The translations under genes and the position numbers were made by a program. A stretch of DNA of 64,000 bases from Chloroflexota bacterium (GTDB taxonomy: Bacteria > Chloroflexota > UBA11872): NCBI GenBank assembly GCA_963667925.1, contig OY764080.1, forward strand, positions 85,990-149,989, in the 5' to 3' direction. The notes under the pieces are model-generated. The model ran no database searches and had not been told where the DNA came from. It was given only the letters and a program-made list of their open reading frames with translations. Shown here piece after piece: positions 55,904-64,000 of this stretch. Every line of letters begins with the position of its first letter. The stretch's first letter is position 1.

Positions 55904-57417
55904 GGTTCGCTGAAGTAACGATCCAACATTGGCAGCATATCGAGCGGGACGCTGCGACCGACGTCTGGCCGCCCAACCGCGTATCCGCGGTCGCCGGCCG
56001 AGGCCTCGAATCCGGACGATCCGCCGGGACCAAGTTCCAGAATTGGACGCTCGATCATTTCGGCGCCCTCCTCGGTCGGTTTGATTTCCACAATCTCGAG
56101 TTGGCCGTCCACGTTTAGTCGCTGCTCGGGCGCCAGAGTCTCCAGCGTGCCCTCCAGCGCGCGTCCGCTGGCGACGGAATCGCCGCCCCCCTGCGATCCG
56201 GCGGCCGCCGCGGCACCCACCTCAGCCTGCGCGGCGGCGGCCGCCGCGCTCGCCGCCGCGTCTGCGCTCGAGTCGCCATCGGCGCCGGGCGCGTTTGCTC
56301 CGGCCGACGCCTCGGCTGCGGCAAGTTGCCGCGCAAGTTGATCGAGTTGCGCTTCGACTCCGCGGTCAGCATTGACCGTGGCTCCAACGGCTTCAATTTC
56401 CTCGGCCAGTTGGGCCAGCGCGCTTCGGGCGTCAGCCAGTTGCCCACGCTCCAAGGCTTCGGCTGCCGCGCGCAATTGATTTGCCAGTCCCTCGTCCAGA
56501 CCTTCGGCGCGTTCCGACGCTTCTCGCAAGCCTGCCGCCAACTCATCCTGGCGCGTGCTGTTCATCCCGGAGATTTGCCCGCCCAGTTCCCGCGCTTCGC
56601 CCGCAGCGGCCTGGAAGTCGCCGCTGTCGAGAGCGCGCCCAAGACGCCGACCTTCGGCTGTCCGTCGCAACGCCTCACCCGCGGCCTGAGCGGCCACTGC
56701 GGCGGGCGCGGCCTCGGGATCGCGCTGGCGTTCAAGCTCAGCCATGGCGGCGCGAATCTGGTCGATCTGGGCCAGCACTGCTGGATCCGCGAGCACCGGC
56801 GCGGTCGCGTCGGCTGCGGTGCCCAGGTTCTCCGCGAGCGACGAGACCTGCCCTTGTCCGCCAACGCCAGGCAGTATGTCGGCGGTCACGGCCAGCAGAC
56901 CGACAGCCAGGCCCGCGGCGGCGATTGCCAGAACTCCCAGTTCGCCGCGGGGCACCCGGTAGGGAAAGGCGAGACTCGCGTTCACTCCGGCAAGGGCCCG
57001 CAACGCATCCTGCCGCTGTAGATCGCGCATGTGTTCGTCGGCTGGCGAGCCGACGACAGCCGTGGACAGGCGCTCGAACATCGCAAGCCGCCGGTCGTAG
57101 GCGAGAGCCGCGCTCAGCGGTGGCGGCGCTACCAGGGCTCGCGCTACCAAGACCACTATTGGAACCAAGACCGCGACCAGAGCCAGGCTAAGCGCGAGTC
57201 GCGACAGTCCCAGCGCCGTGGCGCCGAGAACCACGAGCAGTGCAAGACCAAAGCTGATCGCCAGCATCCGCGGTGCAGACTGCAGGGTTCGGTGGCGCTG
57301 CCATCGCCGGGCCAGGGGGATCAGACGCTGCCCGAAGGCATCGGACTCATACGCCGTTGGGCGGAAGGCCGGCCATGAACCGCCACGGGGAATCAGGGAC
57401 GCAATTTCAGCTCGCAT
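55900..57417 (-). CDS. Membrane-anchored coiled-coil protein of the MoxR-VWA operon
   Basis: TM pair, 'DRRL...ERLSTA', long Ala/Glu/Gln coiled coil and C-terminal 'VP......DRYF'. Start is 57417 or 57453. Confidence 0.7.
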
Positions 57418-57568
57418 GAATCTGCCCGGCGAGCCTAGGCGGCCCCACGGCACACCTGCGAAGCGGGCGAACTTGGGTCCCGCCGTCGCGCCGGCGGCCG
57501 GTCATCACACCGCTCAGGTGTCGCAGAACCGACGCCGAGGCCGACCGCTGTCGGGTCCATTCGGACAA

Positions 57569-59284
57569 TCATGCATCGTGCTTCCAGGATCGAGCTGCGG
57601 CCATCAGATCGCGAGCCACCCGCCGACCGGCGGTGGTCGATGCTCCACTCATGGCGGCGATTTCCTCCACGACTTGGTTCCCATCCACCCGTGAGACGCC
57701 GGTTCTTGTTTCTCCCTGTAAATCTGACTTCGCCACAACGAAGTGCGCATCGCCGAACGCCGCCACGGGAGCAAGGTGCGTGATGCAAAGAACTTGGCGC
57801 CAGGCGGCCAGCGCCGCAAGCTTTTGGCCAACAATGTCGCCGGCCCGTGGACCCACGCCGACATCGATTTCGTCGAAGACGAGAGTGGGCGTCTGATCAA
57901 CCTGCGCCAGGACCACTTTCAGCGCCAACAAGACTCGCGAACGCTCCCCTTCGGAAGCAACGTCAGCCAGCGGCCGCAGCGGCTGGCCGATATTCACGCT
58001 TAGCAGGAACTCGACCTGGTCGATGCCCGACTCATCGAACGCGACTGGCTCGGATTCACCCTTGAGCGGAAGTCCTTCTGGGTCAGGCTGGCGACGAAGC
58101 ATGACCTGGAACTCGGCCGAGGGCATGTTCAGATCAGCTAATTGGGCAGCCACGGCGTCCGCCAAGTCCGAAGCCGCCCGCTGACGTTCCGCCGACAATG
58201 TAGCCCCGGCGGGGATCAGGCGGTCCCGCAGCCTGGCGGCGTGCTCGTGCAGATCCTCGATTCGCGCGTCGCCGCGATCGAGTTCCTCCAGCCGTGCACG
58301 CGCCGTCTCACCGTAAGCGATGACGTCAGCCGGAGTGTCACCGTACTTTCGGATCAGCGCCTCGATCTGGTTGAGGCGATCGTCGATCTGCCGTAGACGC
58401 GCCGGGTCGGCCTCCACGTTCTCGGCGTACGACTGAAACGACAGCGAGAGGTCTGATGCCAACTCCTGCAGTTGCGCAGCCTGTTCGGCCAACGGTCGCA
58501 GGCTCGGATCCAGAGTTGCCATTTCGTCTGCCGCCTGGCGGGTCGATCCGAAAATGTCGGGCACTGGATCCAGAGTCTCGCCCTGCAGTTGGGCAGCGGC
58601 TTGACTAGCGAGACCCTGCAAGCGCTCCGCATTAGCTAACAGCAGCCGCTCAGCCCGCAGTCGCTCATCCTCACCCTCCGTAAGTCCCGCCGAGTCAATC
58701 TCGTCGACTTGAAACGTCAGCAGATCAATCTCGCGCGCGGTCTCCCTGGCGTTGCGCTGAAGCTCATCCGCTTCGCGACAAGTGGCCCGCAGTTCGCGCG
58801 CCAGGACGGCTACTGCGGTGCGTTGCGGCGTCAGTCCGGCAAAGCGGTCCAGGTACTCGAGCTGCTGCGAACGACGAAACAGCGACTGGTGTTCGCTCGG
58901 CCCGTGTACGTCAACCAACGTGCGGCCCAACTCAGCCAGAGCGCGTACCGGGACGGCGCGCCCGTTGATTCGCGCAGTCGATCGACCGGCGCCGCGGACT
59001 TCGCGCGACACAATTAACGACTCGTCAACGTCGACGCCGTAGGAGTCCAAGACTGCAACGGCCTGATCCGGCGTCGTGTCGAAAACGGCTTCTATAAATG
59101 CGCTGGGAGCACCCGAGCGGACATCGGCCGGATGAGCTCGACGCCCCAGTACAAGCGCCAGCGCGTCGATCAGGATTGACTTTCCGGCGCCCGTCTCCCC
59201 GGTCAATACGTTCAATCGGGGCTCCAGCGCCACATCCACCGCATCGATGAGCGCGAAGTCCCGAACGCTGACGTGCCTGAGCAC
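57569..59284 (-). CDS. recN: DNA repair protein RecN
   Basis: 'LTGETGAGKS', 'LVDVHG..EHQ', 'LVFDEID.G' and 'QVLCITHL'. Confidence 0.95.
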   Translation of the reverse strand: MLRHVSVRDFALIDAVDVALEPRLNVLTGETGAGKSILIDALALVLGRRAHPADVRSGAPSAFIEAVFDTTPDQAVAVLDSYGVDVDESLIVSREVRGAGRSTARINGRAVPVRALAELGRTLVDVHGPSEHQSLFRRSQQLEYLDRFAGLTPQRTAVAVLARELRATCREADELQRNARETAREIDLLTFQVDEIDSAGLTEGEDERLRAERLLLANAERLQGLASQAAAQLQGETLDPVPDIFGSTRQAADEMATLDPSLRPLAEQAAQLQELASDLSLSFQSYAENVEADPARLRQIDDRLNQIEALIRKYGDTPADVIAYGETARARLEELDRGDARIEDLHEHAARLRDRLIPAGATLSAERQRAASDLADAVAAQLADLNMPSAEFQVMLRRQPDPEGLPLKGESEPVAFDESGIDQVEFLLSVNIGQPLRPLADVASEGERSRVLLALKVVLAQVDQTPTLVFDEIDVGVGPRAGDIVGQKLAALAAWRQVLCITHLAPVAAFGDAHFVVAKSDLQGETRTGVSRVDGNQVVEEIAAMSGASTTAGRRVARDLMAAARSWKHDA

Positions 59285-59290
59285 GGGCGC

Positions 59291-60154
59291 CTAACCGGAC
59301 CCGTGAATCGGACGCGGCATCTCTCGCGGAACACGCCAGCGCATTTTCTCGGCCAGCGTGGCGTAGAAGTAGTCGCTCTCACGAAACCTCGCAAAGCGGG
59401 CCAGGTGTTCCGACGCTCGGCAGACCACGCGGTCGCCAGAGGCCAGCAATTGGTCGGTCTGGCCGTCGATTGAGAGCGTCGCCTCGTGGGTCGTATGCGT
59501 CGTCAATTCGACTCGCTCGTCATGACCGACAACGATTGCGTTCGCGGGCGTAAGGAATGGAACCAGCGGGGTCATCACCAGGTCGCGCACTTCCGGGTGC
59601 AGCACTGGACCGCCGGCGGCCTGCACGTATCCGGTGGTACCCGTCGGGGTGGCCACGATCACGCCGTCGGAGGTGTAGGTCGTGAGCACCACGCCGTTGA
59701 TGCGCACCTCCACCTCGACCACTCGAGCCATTCGGCCCCGACCAACCACCACATCGCCTGCGGCCAGGCCCGATCCGACGACGCTGTTCGCGCTGTGGTG
59801 TGTCCATTCGATCAGGATCCGTTCCTCAAGCCAGTAGCCACCGTCCAAGACTTCATCCAGGCGCGCGTCGAATTCGTCGGGCGTGAATTCGGTCAGGAAC
59901 CCAAGGCGCCCGTAGTTGACGCCGATGCAAGTCGCCTTGTGCGGCGCCGCCGCGCGCGCGGCCCGAAGCAGCGTGCCGTCGCCCCCGAACGTAACCACGA
60001 GATCGGCGCCCGCCAGATCTTCCGGTCGCTCGGTGATCTCCCACGACGACACGCACCAGGCATTCAGACTTCGACACTGGAGCCGTTGCTGGGTACGCTG
60101 CGCATGGGCGACGGATGCGGCAATGCGCGGCTGAAACAGCAAGGCAACCCGCAT
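59291..60154 (-). CDS. nadK: NAD(+)/NADH kinase
   Basis: 'FGGDGTLL', 'GRLGFL' and 'DGVIVATPTG.T.Y...AGGP'; conserved tlyA-nadK-recN gene order. Confidence 0.92.
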   Translation of the reverse strand: MRVALLFQPRIAASVAHAQRTQQRLQCRSLNAWCVSSWEITERPEDLAGADLVVTFGGDGTLLRAARAAAPHKATCIGVNYGRLGFLTEFTPDEFDARLDEVLDGGYWLEERILIEWTHHSANSVVGSGLAAGDVVVGRGRMARVVEVEVRINGVVLTTYTSDGVIVATPTGTTGYVQAAGGPVLHPEVRDLVMTPLVPFLTPANAIVVGHDERVELTTHTTHEATLSIDGQTDQLLASGDRVVCRASEHLARFARFRESDYFYATLAEKMRWRVPREMPRPIHGSG

Positions 60155-60954
60155 CAGCCACTCGCTACATCACCATCGCCCTTATGATAGTCGCTACGTA
60201 GCGTCGGCCACGGCGGCCGCAGTAACACGAAGGTCTCTCGGTTGCCATCGCCTCCTGAAAGCGCGCTGGCCACCGATCCGGCAACGCAAATGCCCTGACG
60301 CGTCGCCCAGGCAAGGAAATCGTGAAAGACGCCGTTCCGTACCCGCGCATCCTTAATCACGCCGTCACGAGGCACGTGCTGTCCCGGTAGCTCGAACTGC
60401 GGCTTGAGCAGGATCAGGGCCCATCGGGCGTGCGGTGCCGCGGTTAGCACGGCGGGCAGCACGTCCCGCAGGCGAACGAAGGAGACGTCAACCACCACAA
60501 CTTCGGGCGACCGGTCAAGCCGTGGCAGGGCACGGGCGTCCGTGCGCTCAAGCAGGCAGACTCTGGAGTCAGCCCTCAGGCTCGGCGCAAGCTGACCTCT
60601 CCCCACGTCCACCGCCGTTATGTGCTGCGCGCCTGCTTGCAGAAGGCAGTCGGTGAACCCGCCAGTCGACGCTCCAACGTCCAGGGCAATGGCCCCGTCC
60701 ACCGCAAGCCCAAAATGCTCAAGGGCCGCCGCCAGCTTTCGTCCGCCACGGCCGACATAACCGACCTCGTGCCCGCGCAATTCGATCTGTGCACTGACGT
60801 CAGCGCGCCGGCCCGGCCGCGTTTCAACCAGTCCGGCGATTATCACCAAACCGTCCTTGACCAGTTGACGGGCTGAACTGCGGCTACGCGCCAGACCGCG
60901 GCGCACCAGCAAGTGGTCAAGACGACGGCGGCGATCAGCGGATTGATCGCCCAC
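60154..60954 (-). CDS. tlyA: TlyA family rRNA 2'-O-methyltransferase
   Basis: S4 domain 'RLDHLLV.RGLA.SR', 'DVGASTGGFTDCLLQ', 'DVSF' and 'KPQFE'. Confidence 0.94.
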   Translation of the reverse strand: MGDQSADRRRRLDHLLVRRGLARSRSSARQLVKDGLVIIAGLVETRPGRRADVSAQIELRGHEVGYVGRGGRKLAAALEHFGLAVDGAIALDVGASTGGFTDCLLQAGAQHITAVDVGRGQLAPSLRADSRVCLLERTDARALPRLDRSPEVVVVDVSFVRLRDVLPAVLTAAPHARWALILLKPQFELPGQHVPRDGVIKDARVRNGVFHDFLAWATRQGICVAGSVASALSGGDGNRETFVLLRPPWPTLRSDYHKGDGDVASG

Positions 60955-60955
60955 G

Positions 60956-61555
60956 TCAGTCGGTCAGCGTGCCCTTTGTGCTGGGCACGGCGCCGGCCCG
61001 GCGCGGATCCAGCGCCGTTGCCTGGTCCAGGGCCCGCGCCAGGGCTTTGAAGATGGCCTCGGCCTTGTGGTGGTCGTCTTCACCGGCCAGCACGCGGACG
61101 TGGATCGCCGCCCCCAGGTGCCGGGCCAGCGACCCGATGATGTGCGGCAACAGGCTGGTCTCCAGACCGCCAATCCGGTCCTGCTTGAATTCGCCATTGA
61201 AGGCCGCGAAGTCGCGTCCTGCCAGATCCACCGCTACGTGCGCCAGCGCCTCGTCCATTGGCACGGTGGCGTCGCCCATGCGCTGAATGCCTTGCCGGTC
61301 GCCCAGAGCGTCGCTGAACGCTCGGCCCAGCACGATCGCCACGTCTTCGGCAGTGTGATGCGCGTCAATGTGAAGGTCGCCCGTGGCGTTCACCTCGATG
61401 TTGAACAGGCCATGCCGTGCGAGCTGAGCCAGCATGTGATCCAGAAACCCAATGCCCGTGGCGCCGTGAAAGTCGCCGTTGCCGTCAATCGCGACCGTAG
61501 CGTCAACTTCAGTCTCGGACGTGGTTCGCGTGACGCTGGCGCGTCGGTCAGCCAT
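60956..61555 (-). CDS. hisB: Imidazoleglycerol-phosphate dehydratase
   Basis: 'TGIGFLDHML', 'DAHHTAED', 'PMDEAL', 'DHHKAEAIFKA' and 'PSTKG'. Confidence 0.96.
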   Translation of the reverse strand: MADRRASVTRTTSETEVDATVAIDGNGDFHGATGIGFLDHMLAQLARHGLFNIEVNATGDLHIDAHHTAEDVAIVLGRAFSDALGDRQGIQRMGDATVPMDEALAHVAVDLAGRDFAAFNGEFKQDRIGGLETSLLPHIIGSLARHLGAAIHVRVLAGEDDHHKAEAIFKALARALDQATALDPRRAGAVPSTKGTLTD

Positions 61556-61591
61556 GGAAATCTCGCCTCGACGGGAATCGCGGCATTGTAG

Positions 61592-62941
61592 TCAGGACGA
61601 AGCCCGGCGTTCGGCCGCTCGTGCGTGGCCGTCCAGTCCCTCGGCCCGGGCGAGGCGCGCAGCCGCCGGAGCCAACGACGCCGCCCGGTCTGCCGACAAG
61701 CGCACGACGGAGACTGTCTTCAGGAACGAACGCACACCCACGGGGGAAGCGAAGCGGGCCGTTCCGCCCGTTGGCATGATGTGGCTCGGCCCCGCCAAGT
61801 AGTCGCCCAGCACCTCGGGCGAGGCGCTGCCCAGGAACACGCCGCCCGCGTGCCGCACCTGCGGCAACAACGCTTCCGGGTCGTCCACCAGCAGGCACAA
61901 GTGTTCCGGCGCGTAGGCGTTGGATAATTCGACGGCCTCCACCAGATCGTCCACCACCCCCACCCCGCCGCGCCGCTCGAAACTGTCCCACGCCACCTCC
62001 GCGCGCGGCAGCGTGGCCAGTTGCGCCGCAACTTCCTGCGCCACCTCGGCGGCCAAGACCGAGTCGGTCGTCAGAGCAACCGGACTGGCCGGTCCCCCGT
62101 GCTCGGCCTGCGCAATCAAGTCGGCGGCCACTTCCGCGGCGTCGGCCGAAGCGTCCGCAATCACCAGCGTCTCGGTTGGCCCCGGCAGCAGGTCGACGCC
62201 AACCACCCCGTAGAGCGCCCGCGTCGCCAGCATGACCCACGCATTCCCGGGTGCCACCACCACATCGCAGCGCGGCACGCTCTGCGTCCCCAGCGCCAGC
62301 GCCGCGATGGCCTGCGCGCCGCCCAATCCAAAAACACGATCCACGCCGGCCACTTCAGCCGCCGCGGCCAGGGCCGGTGCTATGCCCGCTGATCTCACCG
62401 GCGTCGTTACGACGATTTCGTCCACGCGCGCCACGCGCGCCGGTACTGCGGACATCAACAGGCTGGAAACCAGCGGCGCCGCCTGTCCCGGTACGTGCAA
62501 ACCCGCCCGTTCGACCGGAATCCACCGCTGCCCGACACCCAGCTCAGGCATGTCGAATCCGCTGGGCATTTCTCGCTCGTGATAGGCACGAATCCGCTCC
62601 GCCGCGAGTTCAATGTCCGCACGCAGCGCCGAATCGACCTGGCGCCCGGCCTCCGCCAACTCCTCCCGTTCAATCTCGAACGCTGGCCCGACGTGGTCGC
62701 CCAGCGCCCCGGCAATACGACGCACTGCGACGTCGCCCTCGTCCCGAACTTCCTGAATCACACGTTCGACGAAGGCAACGGGCGTCAGCGTCTCGCCAAA
62801 CACTCGAGAGGCAGCCCGCACTGCCGACTGGTCGATCGTGACCAGATCCGGCGATCGCGCCAACAGCGTGCGCCGAACCTCGTCGCTCCCGCGCACAATC
62901 CGCACCGAGTGTCCACTGGACCGGTCGGTCGAATCGGTCAT
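61592..62941 (-). CDS. hisD: Histidinol dehydrogenase
   Basis: 'GGAQAIAALA.GT', 'PGNAWV', 'GPTE', 'DLIAQAEH', 'APEHL' and 'GDYLAGPSHIMPT'. Confidence 0.96.
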   Translation of the reverse strand: MTDSTDRSSGHSVRIVRGSDEVRRTLLARSPDLVTIDQSAVRAASRVFGETLTPVAFVERVIQEVRDEGDVAVRRIAGALGDHVGPAFEIEREELAEAGRQVDSALRADIELAAERIRAYHEREMPSGFDMPELGVGQRWIPVERAGLHVPGQAAPLVSSLLMSAVPARVARVDEIVVTTPVRSAGIAPALAAAAEVAGVDRVFGLGGAQAIAALALGTQSVPRCDVVVAPGNAWVMLATRALYGVVGVDLLPGPTETLVIADASADAAEVAADLIAQAEHGGPASPVALTTDSVLAAEVAQEVAAQLATLPRAEVAWDSFERRGGVGVVDDLVEAVELSNAYAPEHLCLLVDDPEALLPQVRHAGGVFLGSASPEVLGDYLAGPSHIMPTGGTARFASPVGVRSFLKTVSVVRLSADRAASLAPAAARLARAEGLDGHARAAERRASS

Positions 62942-62950
62942 ATCCGTCCC

Positions 62951-63418
62951 CTAGGCCTGTCGCCGCGGCGTTCGGCGGTCGTGGCTGTCGATGACGATCG
63001 TCACTGGCCCATCGTTCACCAGTCCGACCTCCATCTCGGCCTGAAATTTCCCCGTCGCCACGGACACACCGCGATCCCGCAGCGCTTCCTCCAGGTCCTC
63101 GAGCAGGGAAGCCGCCCGTTCCGGCGACTCGGCCCCCACGAAACTGGGGCGCCGGCCCTTGCGTGTATCGGCAATCAGTGTGAACTGCGACACGAGCAAC
63201 ACCTCGCCGCCCGTATCGAGCACCGATCGATTCATCCGGTCTGCGTCGTCGGCCAGTACCCGCAGATTGGACACCTTGTCGGCCAAGTACGACACATCCG
63301 CTTCGTCGTCACCCCGTGCGACCCCCGCCAGCACGACAAACCCGGGCCCAATGGATGCATGCTCACGACCACCAATGCAGACGCAGGCCTTCGTGACACG
63401 CTGGATGACCGCCCGCAT
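62951..63418 (-). CDS. dtd: D-aminoacyl-tRNA deacylase
   Basis: 'MRAVIQRV', 'VSQFTL', 'KGRRPSF' and 'NDGPVT'. Confidence 0.96.
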   Translation of the reverse strand: MRAVIQRVTKACVCIGGREHASIGPGFVVLAGVARGDDEADVSYLADKVSNLRVLADDADRMNRSVLDTGGEVLLVSQFTLIADTRKGRRPSFVGAESPERAASLLEDLEEALRDRGVSVATGKFQAEMEVGLVNDGPVTIVIDSHDRRTPRRQA

Positions 63419-63446
63419 CTCCGGGCTTAGGGCTGCGCCAAGCCGG

Positions 63447-63800
63447 CTAGCTGGTCTTGCCGCCGGAGTCCGGGGACTTGTCGGACCCGCCTGCGGCGGC
63501 GCCCGCCTTGCTGGAGCCTTCGCTCTCGCGGCCGTTGCTCTTGGCCCCGTCGGACTTCACGGGCTTGGAATCCGACGACTCCGAGGGCTTGCCGTCGTCC
63601 TTGAATTTCTTCCGTTCGGACTCTGACCGGCTATCGGTGGCGTACCAGCCACTGCCCTTGAAAATGATCCCCGCCGGGTGAAAGACCTTCTTCAAGGTCC
63701 CGGCGCATTCCTCACAGGTCGTGAGCGGCGCATCTTGAAAGCTCCGAAAGACCTCAAACCGATGACCGCAATCCGAACACTCGTACTCGTAAGTCGGCAC
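63447..63800 (-). CDS. FmdB family zinc-ribbon protein with low-complexity tail
   Basis: GTG at 63800 gives 'PTYEYECSDCGHRFE...CEECAG' and 'FKGSGWYATD'; GGAG RBS. Confidence 0.9.
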   Translation of the reverse strand: MPTYEYECSDCGHRFEVFRSFQDAPLTTCEECAGTLKKVFHPAGIIFKGSGWYATDSRSESERKKFKDDGKPSESSDSKPVKSDGAKSNGRESEGSSKAGAAAGGSDKSPDSGGKTS

Positions 63801-64000
63801 GAAACCACTTCTCCCGGACGTGACGAGTTGGCGCACACTGAATCGACCCGCGCCCAGCTTGAGTATACGAATGCGGACCCCAGCGCTGCCCCACCGCCAG
63901 TTTCGGACACCGCACATGCTCAGGTCATCCTGGCGTTCGACCTGGGCCGGTCTGGTGCTAGCATGACTCAACGCCTGTAACCCACTGGTCAGACCGGAGC

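Noticed and set aside
60956-62941. hisD-hisB without hisC as a sign of pathway loss
   Set aside because: Split his operons are common, and the other genes may lie outside the window.
63801-63971. Long N-terminal extension of the FmdB-type ORF
   Set aside because: Family members start at MPTYEY. A GGAG RBS precedes the GTG at 63800, and a TATACT -10-like hexamer lies within the supposed extension.

Overview
GC-rich bacterial chromosomal window with about 55 CDS. I found no rRNA, tRNA, CRISPR array, integrase or transposase. Exported proteins carrying 'YFxETG..GG...LGxPI' modules point to Chloroflexota, and giant RCC1 and plant-type LRR/cadherin proteins suggest a host-associated lineage such as a marine sponge symbiont; both are inferences. 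Left to right: a fatty-acid modification cluster (DUF1295, CFA-type methyltransferase, FAD oxidoreductase, DUF1365); deoxy-sugar glycan hydrolases (two GH29, GH78, CE7); two protein-L-isoaspartate methyltransferases, one a predicted lipoprotein converging on a membrane spermidine-synthase-like protein; higBA; a 49-repeat (7x7) RCC1 protein and a TolB-propeller/LRR/cadherin protein; SDR, EEP and PhyH genes downstream of two duplicated 63-aa Tat-lipopeptides; a split Tm-1-like gene pair; a cell-surface glycosylation locus preceded by a hairpin-dense intergenic region and a divergent small basic protein; a GMC oxidoreductase pair; cca; a MoxR-VWA operon; and the housekeeping genes recN, nadK, tlyA, hisB, hisD, dtd and an FmdB-type gene. 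The best novelty candidates are the twin Cys-tailed Tat-lipopeptides, the exported PIMT with its membrane methyltransferase-like neighbour, the 7x7 RCC1 propeller chain and the hairpin array at 43.1-43.4 kb. All family calls come from motif recognition by eye, not database searches.
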